A stretch of DNA of 64,000 nucleotides from positions 28,706 through 92,705 of the forward strand of contig CBCSNG010000005.1 in the NCBI GenBank assembly GCA_965141635.1. Reading direction: 5' to 3'. Of this stretch, positions 39,627 through 48,806 are shown piece after piece (the stretch's first letter is position 1; each line of letters begins with the position of its first letter). Below the pieces are notes generated by a model. The model worked only from the letters and a program-made list of their open reading frames with translations, did no database searches and was not told the DNA's origin. The DNA is from an uncultured Collinsella sp. (GTDB lineage: Bacteria > Actinomycetota > Coriobacteriia > Coriobacteriales > Coriobacteriaceae). Made by a program: the position numbers and the translations under genes.

Positions 39627-40639
39627 TGGCCGACATCCATATTCTCGTTGCCGACGATTCCACTGGTCAGCGTCTTGACGCCTATCTGGGTGCCAACGAC
39701 GGCTGCCCTACGCGCTCTGCCTGCGCGCATCTGATCGAGGGCGGCGCCGTCGCTGTCAATGGCGAGACCTGCCTGTCCAAAAAGTACGCCGTGCGAGCCG
39801 GCGACCGTATTTCGGTCGATTTGCCTGAGCCGCACGATCCCACCGATGTGATTCCCGAGGCCATCCCGCTTGACATTCGCTACGAGGACGACTACCTCAT
39901 CGTGCTCTCCAAGCAGCGCGGCCTGGTGTGCCATCCCGCCCATGGCCACGAGAGCGGCACCCTTGCGAACGCTCTGGTCTACCACTGCGGTATCGACCAT
40001 CTGGGTACCGTGCAGGGTGAGGACCGACCCGGCATCGTGCATCGCCTGGATCGCGATACCTCGGGCCTTATGCTTGCGGCAAAAGACGACGACACCCAGC
40101 GCGCGCTTCAAAATCTCATCCGCACGCGCACGCTCGACCGTCGCTATATCACGCTCGTTCACGGTCACATCGCCATGGACGAGGGCACTATCAACACCGG
40201 TATCGCCCGATCGACGCGCGACCGCGTGAAGATGGCGGTTTCCGATGACCCCTTTGCGCGCCAGGCCATCACGACCTTCAAGGTGCTCGAGCGCTTTGAT
40301 TCCACGCGTTTCGACGACGGCTATACGCTCGTCGAGTGTCACCTGTTTACGGGCCGCACGCATCAGATTCGCGTGCATATGCGCCATATCAACCACGCCT
40401 GCGTGGGCGATCCGCTCTACGGCAAGTGCGATGAGCGCGCCAATCAGGGTCTGACCAGGCAATTCCTTCATTCCTGGCGCGTCGCATTCGACCATCCCGT
40501 GACGGGCGAGCGCATCGAATGCCGCGACGAGCTGCCGTGGGATCTCGCTGCGGTTCTTGACGACCTGGCCCCGCGCTCGCTTGGCCGCACCGCTGCCGGC
40601 GACGACATAGTTCCGCAGCTCGGTTTGCTTGAGGCCTAG
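39626..40639 (+). CDS. RluA/RluD family pseudouridine synthase
   Basis: S4-like N-terminus; HRLDRDTSG and TGRTHQIRVH motifs; follows lspA. Confidence 0.96.
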   Translation: MADIHILVADDSTGQRLDAYLGANDGCPTRSACAHLIEGGAVAVNGETCLSKKYAVRAGDRISVDLPEPHDPTDVIPEAIPLDIRYEDDYLIVLSKQRGLVCHPAHGHESGTLANALVYHCGIDHLGTVQGEDRPGIVHRLDRDTSGLMLAAKDDDTQRALQNLIRTRTLDRRYITLVHGHIAMDEGTINTGIARSTRDRVKMAVSDDPFARQAITTFKVLERFDSTRFDDGYTLVECHLFTGRTHQIRVHMRHINHACVGDPLYGKCDERANQGLTRQFLHSWRVAFDHPVTGERIECRDELPWDLAAVLDDLAPRSLGRTAAGDDIVPQLGLLEA

Positions 40640-40721
40640 CCGGTATTAGGTGGTTTCTTGAACTCGGTAAGCCTGCGGTAAGATATACGTTTGTTTACGT
40701 AATGCGTTCTCGGGAGCCTGT

Positions 40722-42017
40722 ATGCTCGCCTTTTTACAAACCAACACGCCCATCGTGATCTTCAACCAGATTGTCGTCACGCTGCTCACGGTCTGCTTTC
40801 TGTACCAGGTGGTCTTCTTTGTCATCGGTGCTCTTCGTGGCGAGGTCGCGCCTCCCAAGGCCAAAAAACTCCACCGCTATGCGTTCTTTATCGCGGCGCA
40901 TAACGAGGAAGCCGTGATCGCCAACCTCGTACGCTCCATCAAGGATCAGGACTATCCGTCCGAGCTTATCGAGGTCTTCGTGGTCGCCGACGCCTGCACC
41001 GACAACACGGCGCAGCTTGCGCGCGAGGCCGGTGCTATTGTTTATGAGCGCAATGATCTGGCCCGTAAGGGCAAGAGCTGGGTCATGGACTTTGGTTTCG
41101 ATCGCATTCTCAACGAGTATCCCGACACGTTTGAGGGCTACTTTATCTTCGATGCCGACAACGTTATCTCCCGCGATTACGTGTCTAAGATGAACGATGC
41201 CTTTGACCAGGGTTTCCATGTGGTCACGAGCTATCGCAATTCCAAGAACTTCGGCAGCTCGTGGGTCTCGGCAGCTAATGCCACGTGGTATCTGCGCGAG
41301 GCACGCTTTCTCAACAACGCGCGCAACATCTGCAAGACGTCTTGCGCCGTCTCGGGTTCGGGCTATCTCATTTCTGCCAGCGTGATCGAAGGCATGCACG
41401 GCTGGCAGTTCCACACGCTGACTGAGGACGTTCAGTTCACCACGTTCTGCGCCATCCATGGCATTCGCATCGGTTATGCACCGGCGGAGTTCTTTGACGA
41501 GCAGCCCGTGACGTTTAAGGCGTCCTGGAAACAGCGCATGCGTTGGACTAAGGGCTTTTACCAGGTATTCTTTACCTATGGTAAGCACTTGGTCAAGTCG
41601 ACCTTCCGCTATCATCGCTTTGCCGCATATGACATGTTTATGACGATCGCTCCGGGTATGCTGCTCTCGCTCATCTCCATGCTCGCCAACGTGACCTTCC
41701 TTGTCGTGGGCGGTCTTTCGCACGGCTTTTTGGCCACCGAGGTCGAGATGCAGGCGTGCGCCGCCTCGCTCATTATGACCTTCGCGATGATGTACCAGAC
41801 CTTCTTTATCCTGGCGCTACTCACGACCATCTTCGAGTACAAGCACATTCATTGCGCGCAAAAGTGGCGTTTGGTGACCAACCTGTTTACCTTCCCGATC
41901 TTTATGTTCAGCTATATCCCCATCACGGTGGCTGCTCTGTTCCTAAAGGTCGACTGGGTCCCGACACAGCACGCCGTCAACGTTACCCTCGATGAGGTCA
42001 TGCAAGGCGCCAAATAA
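40722..42017 (+). CDS. Family 2 glycosyltransferase (membrane-bound, processive-type motifs)
   Basis: AHNEE, DACTD, FDADN, TEDV, KQRMRW (QxxRW) motifs plus TM helices. Confidence 0.92.
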   Translation: MLAFLQTNTPIVIFNQIVVTLLTVCFLYQVVFFVIGALRGEVAPPKAKKLHRYAFFIAAHNEEAVIANLVRSIKDQDYPSELIEVFVVADACTDNTAQLAREAGAIVYERNDLARKGKSWVMDFGFDRILNEYPDTFEGYFIFDADNVISRDYVSKMNDAFDQGFHVVTSYRNSKNFGSSWVSAANATWYLREARFLNNARNICKTSCAVSGSGYLISASVIEGMHGWQFHTLTEDVQFTTFCAIHGIRIGYAPAEFFDEQPVTFKASWKQRMRWTKGFYQVFFTYGKHLVKSTFRYHRFAAYDMFMTIAPGMLLSLISMLANVTFLVVGGLSHGFLATEVEMQACAASLIMTFAMMYQTFFILALLTTIFEYKHIHCAQKWRLVTNLFTFPIFMFSYIPITVAALFLKVDWVPTQHAVNVTLDEVMQGAK

Positions 42018-42023
42018 CCACCA

Positions 42024-42067
42024 CCAAAACCACCACAAAGGGGACAGGCACCTTTGTGGTGGTTTTT
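42024..42067. repeat. 44-bp GGGGAC-loop palindrome, copy 2; terminator-like
   Basis: Exact reverse complement of 34188..34231. Confidence 0.9.
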
Positions 42068-42098
42068 GCTTTTGCGATGCAGCCCGAGGAGGTGCTCG

Positions 42099-42521
42099 AT
42101 GGTCTATATCCCGTTTTGGCTGTGCGCCATCGCTGGTGCTTGCATCGATGCGCGCGAGCGGCGGTTTCCGAACGCGCTTGCTGCCGCGTGCACCGTGGCA
42201 GCATTTGTGGGCGTCTGCCTAGATCTTGGCATGAACACGGCGCTTGACCATGCCGGTCTTGCGGTCATCGTCTACCTTGCCCTTGTGCTCACTGAGTCGC
42301 TCTGGCGGCACCTCCGTCAAGCCCCCGGAATCGGCATGGGGGACGCCAAGGCGCTCTTCGCGCTTTGCACGCTCGACCCTATGGGCGGCATCGTGGCATT
42401 TGCCGTCGCACTCCTGGTCCTCGCCCTCTTCTGCCTCTTCAAAAAATCGCGCTCTCTGCCATTGCTCCCGTATTTGGTGCCGATTTTTGCCATAATCGAG
42501 GTCGTGGGCTGCACATTGTAA
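42099..42521 (+). CDS. A24 family prepilin peptidase-like protein
   Basis: IDARERRFPN and GIGMGDAK aspartate motifs; hydrophobic. ATG follows GAGGAGG. Confidence 0.75.
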   Translation: MVYIPFWLCAIAGACIDARERRFPNALAAACTVAAFVGVCLDLGMNTALDHAGLAVIVYLALVLTESLWRHLRQAPGIGMGDAKALFALCTLDPMGGIVAFAVALLVLALFCLFKKSRSLPLLPYLVPIFAIIEVVGCTL

Positions 42522-42552
42522 ACGATTGCGCATCCTTCTTAAGGAGCATGCC

Positions 42553-43800
42553 ATGGCAACTAATCAAGAAACGGCCGTCATTAAGGCGCGCATGGAACGT
42601 ATTCCCTCGGCGTTGTCGCCCGAGCTGGTCGATCGCATTGCTGCCGACCGCGCCTCGGGTGCCGTCAACCCGTATCGTTGCAACGACGATCAGGTCATTC
42701 GTCGTATTGATCGCGCTGCCGACAAAGGCACGCTTATGCGTCCGGCCTTTATGCGCGATACCGAAAAAATTCTGCATCTGCCCGCATACACCCGTTATGC
42801 AGGCAAAACGCAGGTCTTCAGTTTTCGCAGTAACGATGACCTTTCGCGTCGCGGCCTGCACGTGCAGCTGGTCTCGCGTATCGCTCGCGATATCGGGCGC
42901 GCTCTGGGGCTCAACTGCGATCTGATCGAGGCGATTGGCTTGGGCCACGACTTGGGCCACACGCCCTTTGGCCATGCCGGCGAGCGATTCCTCAACGATA
43001 TTTACCACGATCACACGGGCCGCTATTTTTTCCATAACGTGCAGTCGGTCCGCGTGCTCGATGCGCTGTATGGCCGCAACGTGTCGCTCCAGACGCTTGA
43101 CGGCGTGCTGTGCCACAACGGCGAGTACGAGCAACGCGTGTTTGAGCTCTCGGACATGAGTTCTTTTGAACAGTTTGATCAGACGGTTGTGGATTGCATT
43201 GTCACCGGTTATAGCGCAATTGAGCACCTGCGTCCCATGACGCTCGAGGGCTGCGTGGTTCGCATCTCGGATATCCTTGCCTACGTTGGACGCGATCGCC
43301 AAGACGCCATTGCGGCAGGCCTGCTGTCACCCGACGCCTTTGACGATGGTCTGGGCGGAGCATATAACAGCTGGATCCTTACGCATGCCTCCATCGATAT
43401 CGTCGAACACAGCTATGGCAAGCCGCGCATCGAGATGAGCGAGGACCTGTTTGAGGAAATCCGCCGAGCTAAGCGCGAGAACTACGAGAAGATCTATAGC
43501 AAGGGCGGTATCGAAGGCGACTCCGAAGCGGAGCTGCGCGAGGCGTTCGAAAAGCTCTACGACCGTTGCCTGCAGGACATAAACGAAGGTGACGAGTCCT
43601 CCTACATTTTTAAGCACCACATTTCTCGCATTGAGCAGCAGCTTTCCTACTACGATCGCACCTATGCATGGCAGGACGATAAGGACCAGGCAGTCGTGGA
43701 TTACATTGCGAGCATGACGGACGGTTATTTCTGCGAGCTCACGAGCAAGCTGTTCCCGGGATTGAAGTTTCCGCATCGTACCTATATTAACGAACGGTAG
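42553..43800 (+). CDS. HD-domain dNTP triphosphohydrolase (dGTPase-like)
   Basis: RDTEKILH, GKTQVF, HDLGHTPFGHAGE, DYIASMTD. Confidence 0.9.
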   Translation: MATNQETAVIKARMERIPSALSPELVDRIAADRASGAVNPYRCNDDQVIRRIDRAADKGTLMRPAFMRDTEKILHLPAYTRYAGKTQVFSFRSNDDLSRRGLHVQLVSRIARDIGRALGLNCDLIEAIGLGHDLGHTPFGHAGERFLNDIYHDHTGRYFFHNVQSVRVLDALYGRNVSLQTLDGVLCHNGEYEQRVFELSDMSSFEQFDQTVVDCIVTGYSAIEHLRPMTLEGCVVRISDILAYVGRDRQDAIAAGLLSPDAFDDGLGGAYNSWILTHASIDIVEHSYGKPRIEMSEDLFEEIRRAKRENYEKIYSKGGIEGDSEAELREAFEKLYDRCLQDINEGDESSYIFKHHISRIEQQLSYYDRTYAWQDDKDQAVVDYIASMTDGYFCELTSKLFPGLKFPHRTYINER

Positions 43801-43821
43801 TTCGTATTTATTCGGTATACT
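43791..43821 (+). promoter_or_regulatory. LexA (SOS) box over the rarA promoter
   Basis: CGAAC-GGTA-GTTCG (43791-43804), 11 nt upstream of TATACT (43816-43821). Confidence 0.7.
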
Positions 43822-43854
43822 GTTCGTGGAAAACGTTTTTGATTGACGCACGGG

Positions 43855-45210
43855 ATGGCTATGGACGACCTTTTTTCTGCTTCGACGCGTGAGCATTCCT
43901 TTCAGAATGCGCCGCTTGCGGTGCGCATGCGGCCCAATTCACTCGACGAGTACGTGGGCCAGCAAAAGGCCGTCGGTATGGGCTCGTGGTTGCGTGCCGC
44001 AATTGAGCACGACGTGCTGTCGAGTGTGATCCTGTACGGGCCGGCCGGTACGGGCAAGACGACGCTGGCACATATTATCGCCAACCATACCAAGAGCGAG
44101 TTTGTCGAGGTCAGCGCCGTGACGGGCACTGTAAAGGATCTTCGCCGCGTGATTGACGAGGCCAAGACGCGCCTGAATACGTACGACCGTCGCACCATTC
44201 TATTTATCGACGAGATTCACCGCTTCTCCAAGTCGCAGCAGGATGCCCTGCTGCATGCGGTTGAGAACCGTACTGTCATTATGATTGGCGCTACGACGGA
44301 GAACCCGTACTTCGAGGTCAACTCGGCGTTACTCTCGCGCGGTCGCGTGGTGGAGCTTGAGTACCTCAAGGACGAGGATATCGCCACGCTGATCGAGCGT
44401 GCGCTCGAGGCGCCGCAGGGCTTGAGCGGCAAGTTCTCGGCCGATGAGGATACAGTTAAGACCATCTGCACGCTGGCTGCTGGCGATGCTCGCTCGGCGC
44501 TCACGACGCTCGAGCTTGCGAGCGAGATTGCCGTCACGCGTCCCGATACCGAGGGAACGCCAGCTCCGGCGGCGGGGGAGCGCTATCCCATCACTGTTGA
44601 CGACGTGAAGATTGCCAACCCGCGTCGCGGCTTTTCGTACGACAAAAACGGTGACATGCACTACGACATCATCAGTGCGTTCATCAAGTCCATGCGCGGT
44701 AGCGACCCCGATGCCACGATCTATTGGCTCGCGCGCATGATCGATGCAGGGGAGGATCCCAAGTTTATCGCTCGTCGTATTATGATTCAGGCTTCTGAGG
44801 ACGTTGGCAACGCCGACCCGCAGGCGCTTTTGGTGGCACATGCCGCGTTTAAGTCTGCCGAGGTTATTGGCTATCCCGAGTGTCGTATTAATCTGGCTCA
44901 GGCTGCTCTCTATGTGTGCCTGGCGCCTAAATCCAACGCGTGCGAGGCTTCGATTGATGCGGCGTTGGCCGATATCCATTCAAGTGGGCTCCGCGAGGTG
45001 CCGAGTTATCTGCGCGATCGTCATCGCCCGGGCAGCGACGAATACGGTGTGTACAAGTATCCGCATGACTATCCCGAAGGCTGGGTCGATCAACGATATT
45101 TGCCCGAAGGGCTGGAGCGCGGCGCGTTCTGGCAGCCTGCGGGCCGCGGCTGGGAAGAGTGGCGTGTAGAGCAAAGCGAGCGCGACCGTAGCGGCAATGC
45201 GCCCAAGTAG
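43855..45210 (+). CDS. rarA: Replication-associated recombination protein A (RarA/MgsA)
   Basis: PLAVRMRP, GPAGTGKT, DEIHRF, ATTENP, SAFIKSMRGSDPDA. Confidence 0.97.
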   Translation: MAMDDLFSASTREHSFQNAPLAVRMRPNSLDEYVGQQKAVGMGSWLRAAIEHDVLSSVILYGPAGTGKTTLAHIIANHTKSEFVEVSAVTGTVKDLRRVIDEAKTRLNTYDRRTILFIDEIHRFSKSQQDALLHAVENRTVIMIGATTENPYFEVNSALLSRGRVVELEYLKDEDIATLIERALEAPQGLSGKFSADEDTVKTICTLAAGDARSALTTLELASEIAVTRPDTEGTPAPAAGERYPITVDDVKIANPRRGFSYDKNGDMHYDIISAFIKSMRGSDPDATIYWLARMIDAGEDPKFIARRIMIQASEDVGNADPQALLVAHAAFKSAEVIGYPECRINLAQAALYVCLAPKSNACEASIDAALADIHSSGLREVPSYLRDRHRPGSDEYGVYKYPHDYPEGWVDQRYLPEGLERGAFWQPAGRGWEEWRVEQSERDRSGNAPK

Positions 45211-45305
45211 GTCCTTGGGTCCTCGCACATTCCCTTTGGGTATCTTTCCCCTTCTTTGGGGTACCATGAAAAGCGTCTGTATTTCGATTCCTTCGGGAGG
45301 CTTGT

Positions 45306-45896
45306 ATGAGTCCCATTCAAATCGCCCTGCTGCTACTCGCCGTTGCCGGTGTGTGGGCTGTTATCGAGCTCGCGCTCACACTGCGAAAGACCCGCACCGT
45401 CGTTGATTCGCTCGACAAGACGGTGAGCGACCTTAACAACACCATCGCCGAGGCTCAGCCCGTGGTAGCAAAGCTCGATGGCGCTGTCGATGAGCTCACC
45501 CCTGCGCTGGCGCAGGTTGAGCCGCTCCTCAAGTCGAGCAAGACCGCCGTCGACGCCTTGACCTCCAACCTTGTAGAGGTTGAAGCTGTGGTTCGTGATA
45601 TTTCCGAGGTTTCGGGCAGCATGGCCGATGCCAGCAATGTTGTGTCGAGCGTGACCGACTCTGCGGCCGGTGCCGTGCAGAAATTCTTTAACAAGGTGAA
45701 GGCTCCCGCGGCCGACGCCGAGCGCACGCTTTCCGCTGCCGCCGAAGCCGATCAGCCGACCGAGCGCGTCCTGATTGGCGAAGCCGGGGACGATGTCGCT
45801 GCTGGTGACGATGATGCACAGAAGCCTGCTGCTAAAGCAGCCCAGTATTACACCTACACGCCCGCCGAGACCTCCGAGGAGTCCTGCGATGAGTAG
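45306..45896 (+). CDS. DUF948-like membrane-anchored coiled-coil protein
   Basis: N-terminal TM helix, amphipathic heptad repeats and acidic tail; GGAGG RBS. Family call is from pattern only. Confidence 0.65.
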   Translation: MSPIQIALLLLAVAGVWAVIELALTLRKTRTVVDSLDKTVSDLNNTIAEAQPVVAKLDGAVDELTPALAQVEPLLKSSKTAVDALTSNLVEVEAVVRDISEVSGSMADASNVVSSVTDSAAGAVQKFFNKVKAPAADAERTLSAAAEADQPTERVLIGEAGDDVAAGDDDAQKPAAKAAQYYTYTPAETSEESCDE

Positions 45897-46266
45897 CGAA
45901 GCAACTTGCCCCATCACGCTGACTGTTGCCGGGGATCCGCGTCTGGCACGCCTCGTACGTATGACGGCCGCCAACGTTGGTGCGCTGTGCTCCATGTCCG
46001 TCGATCGCATCGAGGACATTCGTATGGCTGCCGAGGAAGCCTTTATCTTTGGCTGCACGGCCGTTGATTCCGATGACATTTCGATCAAATTCGACGTCGA
46101 CGAATCGCATGTGGGCATGACCTTTACCTTTGGCGATCAGGCGACTGTCGATGAGGATGACCAGGCTGCCGTGTATGCCGAGCTCATTCTGGCGAGCGTG
46201 TGCGATTCCTACGAAAAGACTGCGGCGCCCCTGACGCTTTCCCTCGACCTCAAGGCGGATATCTAA
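45889..46266 (+). CDS. RsbW-like anti-sigma factor, degenerate HATPase fold
   Basis: LVRMTAA...IEDIRMAAEEA resembles the RsbW N-terminal helices; directly upstream of a SigB-like gene. Confidence 0.7.
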   Translation: MSSEATCPITLTVAGDPRLARLVRMTAANVGALCSMSVDRIEDIRMAAEEAFIFGCTAVDSDDISIKFDVDESHVGMTFTFGDQATVDEDDQAAVYAELILASVCDSYEKTAAPLTLSLDLKADI

Positions 46267-46267
46267 T

Positions 46268-47059
46268 ATGACCGAACGTTCCCGGAGCGGTAAGACCGCT
46301 TGGGACAAGGAGAAAACCCGCGAGCTGTTTCGTCGCTACAAAGAGACCGGTGATCCGGACGCACGTGAGCAGCTCGTCATGTCCCATATGAACCTGGTAA
46401 GGTTTCTTGCCAACAAATTTAAGAACCGCGGCGAGCCGCTCGACGACCTCATGCAGGTCGGCTATCTGGGTTTGCTCAAGGCTATCGACCGCTTTGACCC
46501 CGAGCGCGGACTCGAGTTCACGACGTTTGCCACGCCTACCATCCTGGGCGAGATTAAGCGTCACTTCCGTGATAAGGGCTGGAGCGTGCGCGTGCCGCGC
46601 CGTTTGCAGGAGCTTTCTGCCAAGGTTAACCAAGCTACCGACAAGCTCACTAACGAGCTGCAGCGCTCGCCTAAGGTTGAAGAAATCGCTGAGTACCTGG
46701 GTGTGACCGTCGACGAGGTGCTGGAGGCCATGGAATCGTCTTCGGCCTATACCTCGGTGCCCATCGAGGCTCCTGGCGCGTCCGATTCCGATGATGCCCC
46801 CTCGATTCTCGACCGCTATGCCGATGACGACAACGAGCTCGATTTTACCGATGACCGCCTGGTGATCGAGGAAGCCATCCGCGATTTCTCGCCGCGTGAG
46901 CGTGAGGTTATTGAGTTGCGCTTTGTGAAGGGCATGACTCAGATCGAGATCGCCAAGAAGCTGGGTATCTCACAGGTGCAGGTCTCGCGCCTGCTGCGCC
47001 GTACCCTTAAGAAGATTCAGGACAAGATCGACCCCGACGGAGTGATGGTTCGTTCATGA
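46268..47059 (+). CDS. SigB/SigF/SigG-family sigma factor
   Basis: DLMQVGYLGLLKAIDRFD, FATPTILGEIKRHFRD, VRVPRRLQE, ISQVQVSRLL. Confidence 0.96.
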   Translation: MTERSRSGKTAWDKEKTRELFRRYKETGDPDAREQLVMSHMNLVRFLANKFKNRGEPLDDLMQVGYLGLLKAIDRFDPERGLEFTTFATPTILGEIKRHFRDKGWSVRVPRRLQELSAKVNQATDKLTNELQRSPKVEEIAEYLGVTVDEVLEAMESSSAYTSVPIEAPGASDSDDAPSILDRYADDDNELDFTDDRLVIEEAIRDFSPREREVIELRFVKGMTQIEIAKKLGISQVQVSRLLRRTLKKIQDKIDPDGVMVRS

Positions 47060-48468
47060 GTGAGCACCCCCAACAAACCGACCGCACGCTGCGCGATACC
47101 CGTATCCTGACGCTGCGCATTTGGGGCGTCGTCGGCTGCATTGTCATCGCCGCCGTCATCTTCAACCTTATGGGCATCCTGGCACCGGTTATCGAGTTTC
47201 TCGCTGTCGGCTCCATCATCGCCTTTGTGATGTCGCCGATCACTAACTGGCTCGAGCATCACGGCGTCAACCGTGGCATTGGTTCGCTCATCGCGCTGAT
47301 CGTGGTTGTTGCCGTGCTCGTTGGTGTTGTCTGCATCCTGTCCCCTATTTTGCTCGGTCAGATTATGGAAGTCCTGAGCCGTCTGCCTGAGCAGCTTCGC
47401 GTTGCGGGCGGCGATCTCAACGAGTTGATCTCGCACGCCAAGACGCTCAACAACACGCCGCTCAAGGAGTATCTGGACGATAACCTTTCTTCGCTCGTCA
47501 CGGTGGCGTCCAAGTATGTCTCACAAATCGCTGCCGAGCTTGGTCGCGGTGTATTCCCGCTTATTACCAATACGGCCTCGCAGCTGTTCGTAATCTTCCT
47601 TGGATTGGTGCTTGCCTATTGGTTGGCCTGCGACTATCCCCGTATGCACCATGAGGTCTGCACCATCATTGGTCAGGAAAAGGAGACCTCGTACCGCTTT
47701 ATGGTCGCCATCCTTTCACGCTCGGTCGGCGGTTATATGCGTGGCATGGTCGTGACGTCCATCTGCGGGGGCATCCTCGCTTTTATCGGCTTTACGCTCA
47801 TTGGCCATCCCTACGCGGCACTCATGGCCATCTTTACCGGCATTATGCACTTGGTCCCGGTTGTCGGTCCCTGGGTGAGCGCGGCGATCGCCACGGTGCT
47901 CGGCTTTATGTTCAGCCCTATGCTGGCATTGTGGACGCTTGTCGTGACCATGGTCGCTCAAAACGTCACCGATAACGTCATTTCCCCCAAGGTCATGCAG
48001 AGTTCGGTGCAGGTGCATCCCATCATGAGCCTGACGGCCCTCGTTATTGGTTCGGCACTTATGGGTCCCATCGGCATGGTCATCGCCATTCCGCTGTGCG
48101 CGGCCCTCAAGGGCATTTTCGTCTACTACTTTGAGAACGAGACCGGTCGCCAGCTCGTGGCATACGACGGCGCTGTATTTAAGGGCACGCCATATCGCGA
48201 TGCCGAGGGCAACCCGGTCGCCGCCTACGACGCGCTTGGAGACGATACGTTCATTTACGAGTCCGAGCTCATCGGCAACGAGACCGCGCCCGAGGCCCAG
48301 GCGATGCCCAAGCCCGAGCTCGAGAATCCCTGGATCAAGCTCTCGGGCCTGCAGCCCGATGCGACGAGCTTTTTCAAGAATCCCTTCGCCAAGGACGATG
48401 ACTCCAACTCGGACGACGATACCAAAACCGGCATCGACGGCTCCATGGACGATTCGGATTCCAAATAG
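47056..48468 (+). CDS. AI-2E/PerM family transporter
   Basis: Multi-TM; GGYMRG, VPVVGP and PKVM...VHP motifs; overlaps the sigma stop. Confidence 0.9.
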   Translation: MSEHPQQTDRTLRDTRILTLRIWGVVGCIVIAAVIFNLMGILAPVIEFLAVGSIIAFVMSPITNWLEHHGVNRGIGSLIALIVVVAVLVGVVCILSPILLGQIMEVLSRLPEQLRVAGGDLNELISHAKTLNNTPLKEYLDDNLSSLVTVASKYVSQIAAELGRGVFPLITNTASQLFVIFLGLVLAYWLACDYPRMHHEVCTIIGQEKETSYRFMVAILSRSVGGYMRGMVVTSICGGILAFIGFTLIGHPYAALMAIFTGIMHLVPVVGPWVSAAIATVLGFMFSPMLALWTLVVTMVAQNVTDNVISPKVMQSSVQVHPIMSLTALVIGSALMGPIGMVIAIPLCAALKGIFVYYFENETGRQLVAYDGAVFKGTPYRDAEGNPVAAYDALGDDTFIYESELIGNETAPEAQAMPKPELENPWIKLSGLQPDATSFFKNPFAKDDDSNSDDDTKTGIDGSMDDSDSK

Positions 48469-48474
48469 GCACCG

Positions 48475-48714
48475 CTAGCGTTTCTTGAAGTTGTAAATGA
48501 CAAGAAACGCGAGCAAAGCGATTGATAAGGGGCCGGCTACATAGAAAAAGAGAACGTCAATTGCGCGTAGAGTGTAATAAGCTTTATCGCCGGACATTAC
48601 TGCATACAATACGTAGCCAAATGCTGGTTGGTTTGCGTACCAGCAGGAGAAAGCCAAAAGCGCTAAAAGTACTACAACCAGAAGTGCATTCAGGACAAAT
48701 CGTTTGCTTTTCAT
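48475..48714 (-). CDS. Small two-TM hypothetical protein in an AT-rich patch
   Basis: 79 aa, MKSKRFVLNALL...; AAGGAG 7 nt before ATG; two hydrophobic segments. Confidence 0.6.
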   Translation of the reverse strand: MKSKRFVLNALLVVVLLALLAFSCWYANQPAFGYVLYAVMSGDKAYYTLRAIDVLFFYVAGPLSIALLAFLVIYNFKKR

Positions 48715-48806
48715 CGATCGCTCCTTCCGGGTGAATCTTATATGTAATTCTATAGTAGCCTTTTTCAAAGTATCGCATACTCCTAAATAACGTGCACTTT
48801 CGCTGT

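Noticed and set aside
42553..43800. dGTPase as an anti-phage defence gene
   Set aside because: Housekeeping neighbourhood and typical composition; nothing in the sequence supports a defence role.
48584..48778. Alternative 64-aa minus-strand ORF in the AT-rich patch
   Set aside because: AGGAG is only 1 nt from the ATG, and it overlaps the better-supported 79-aa membrane ORF.
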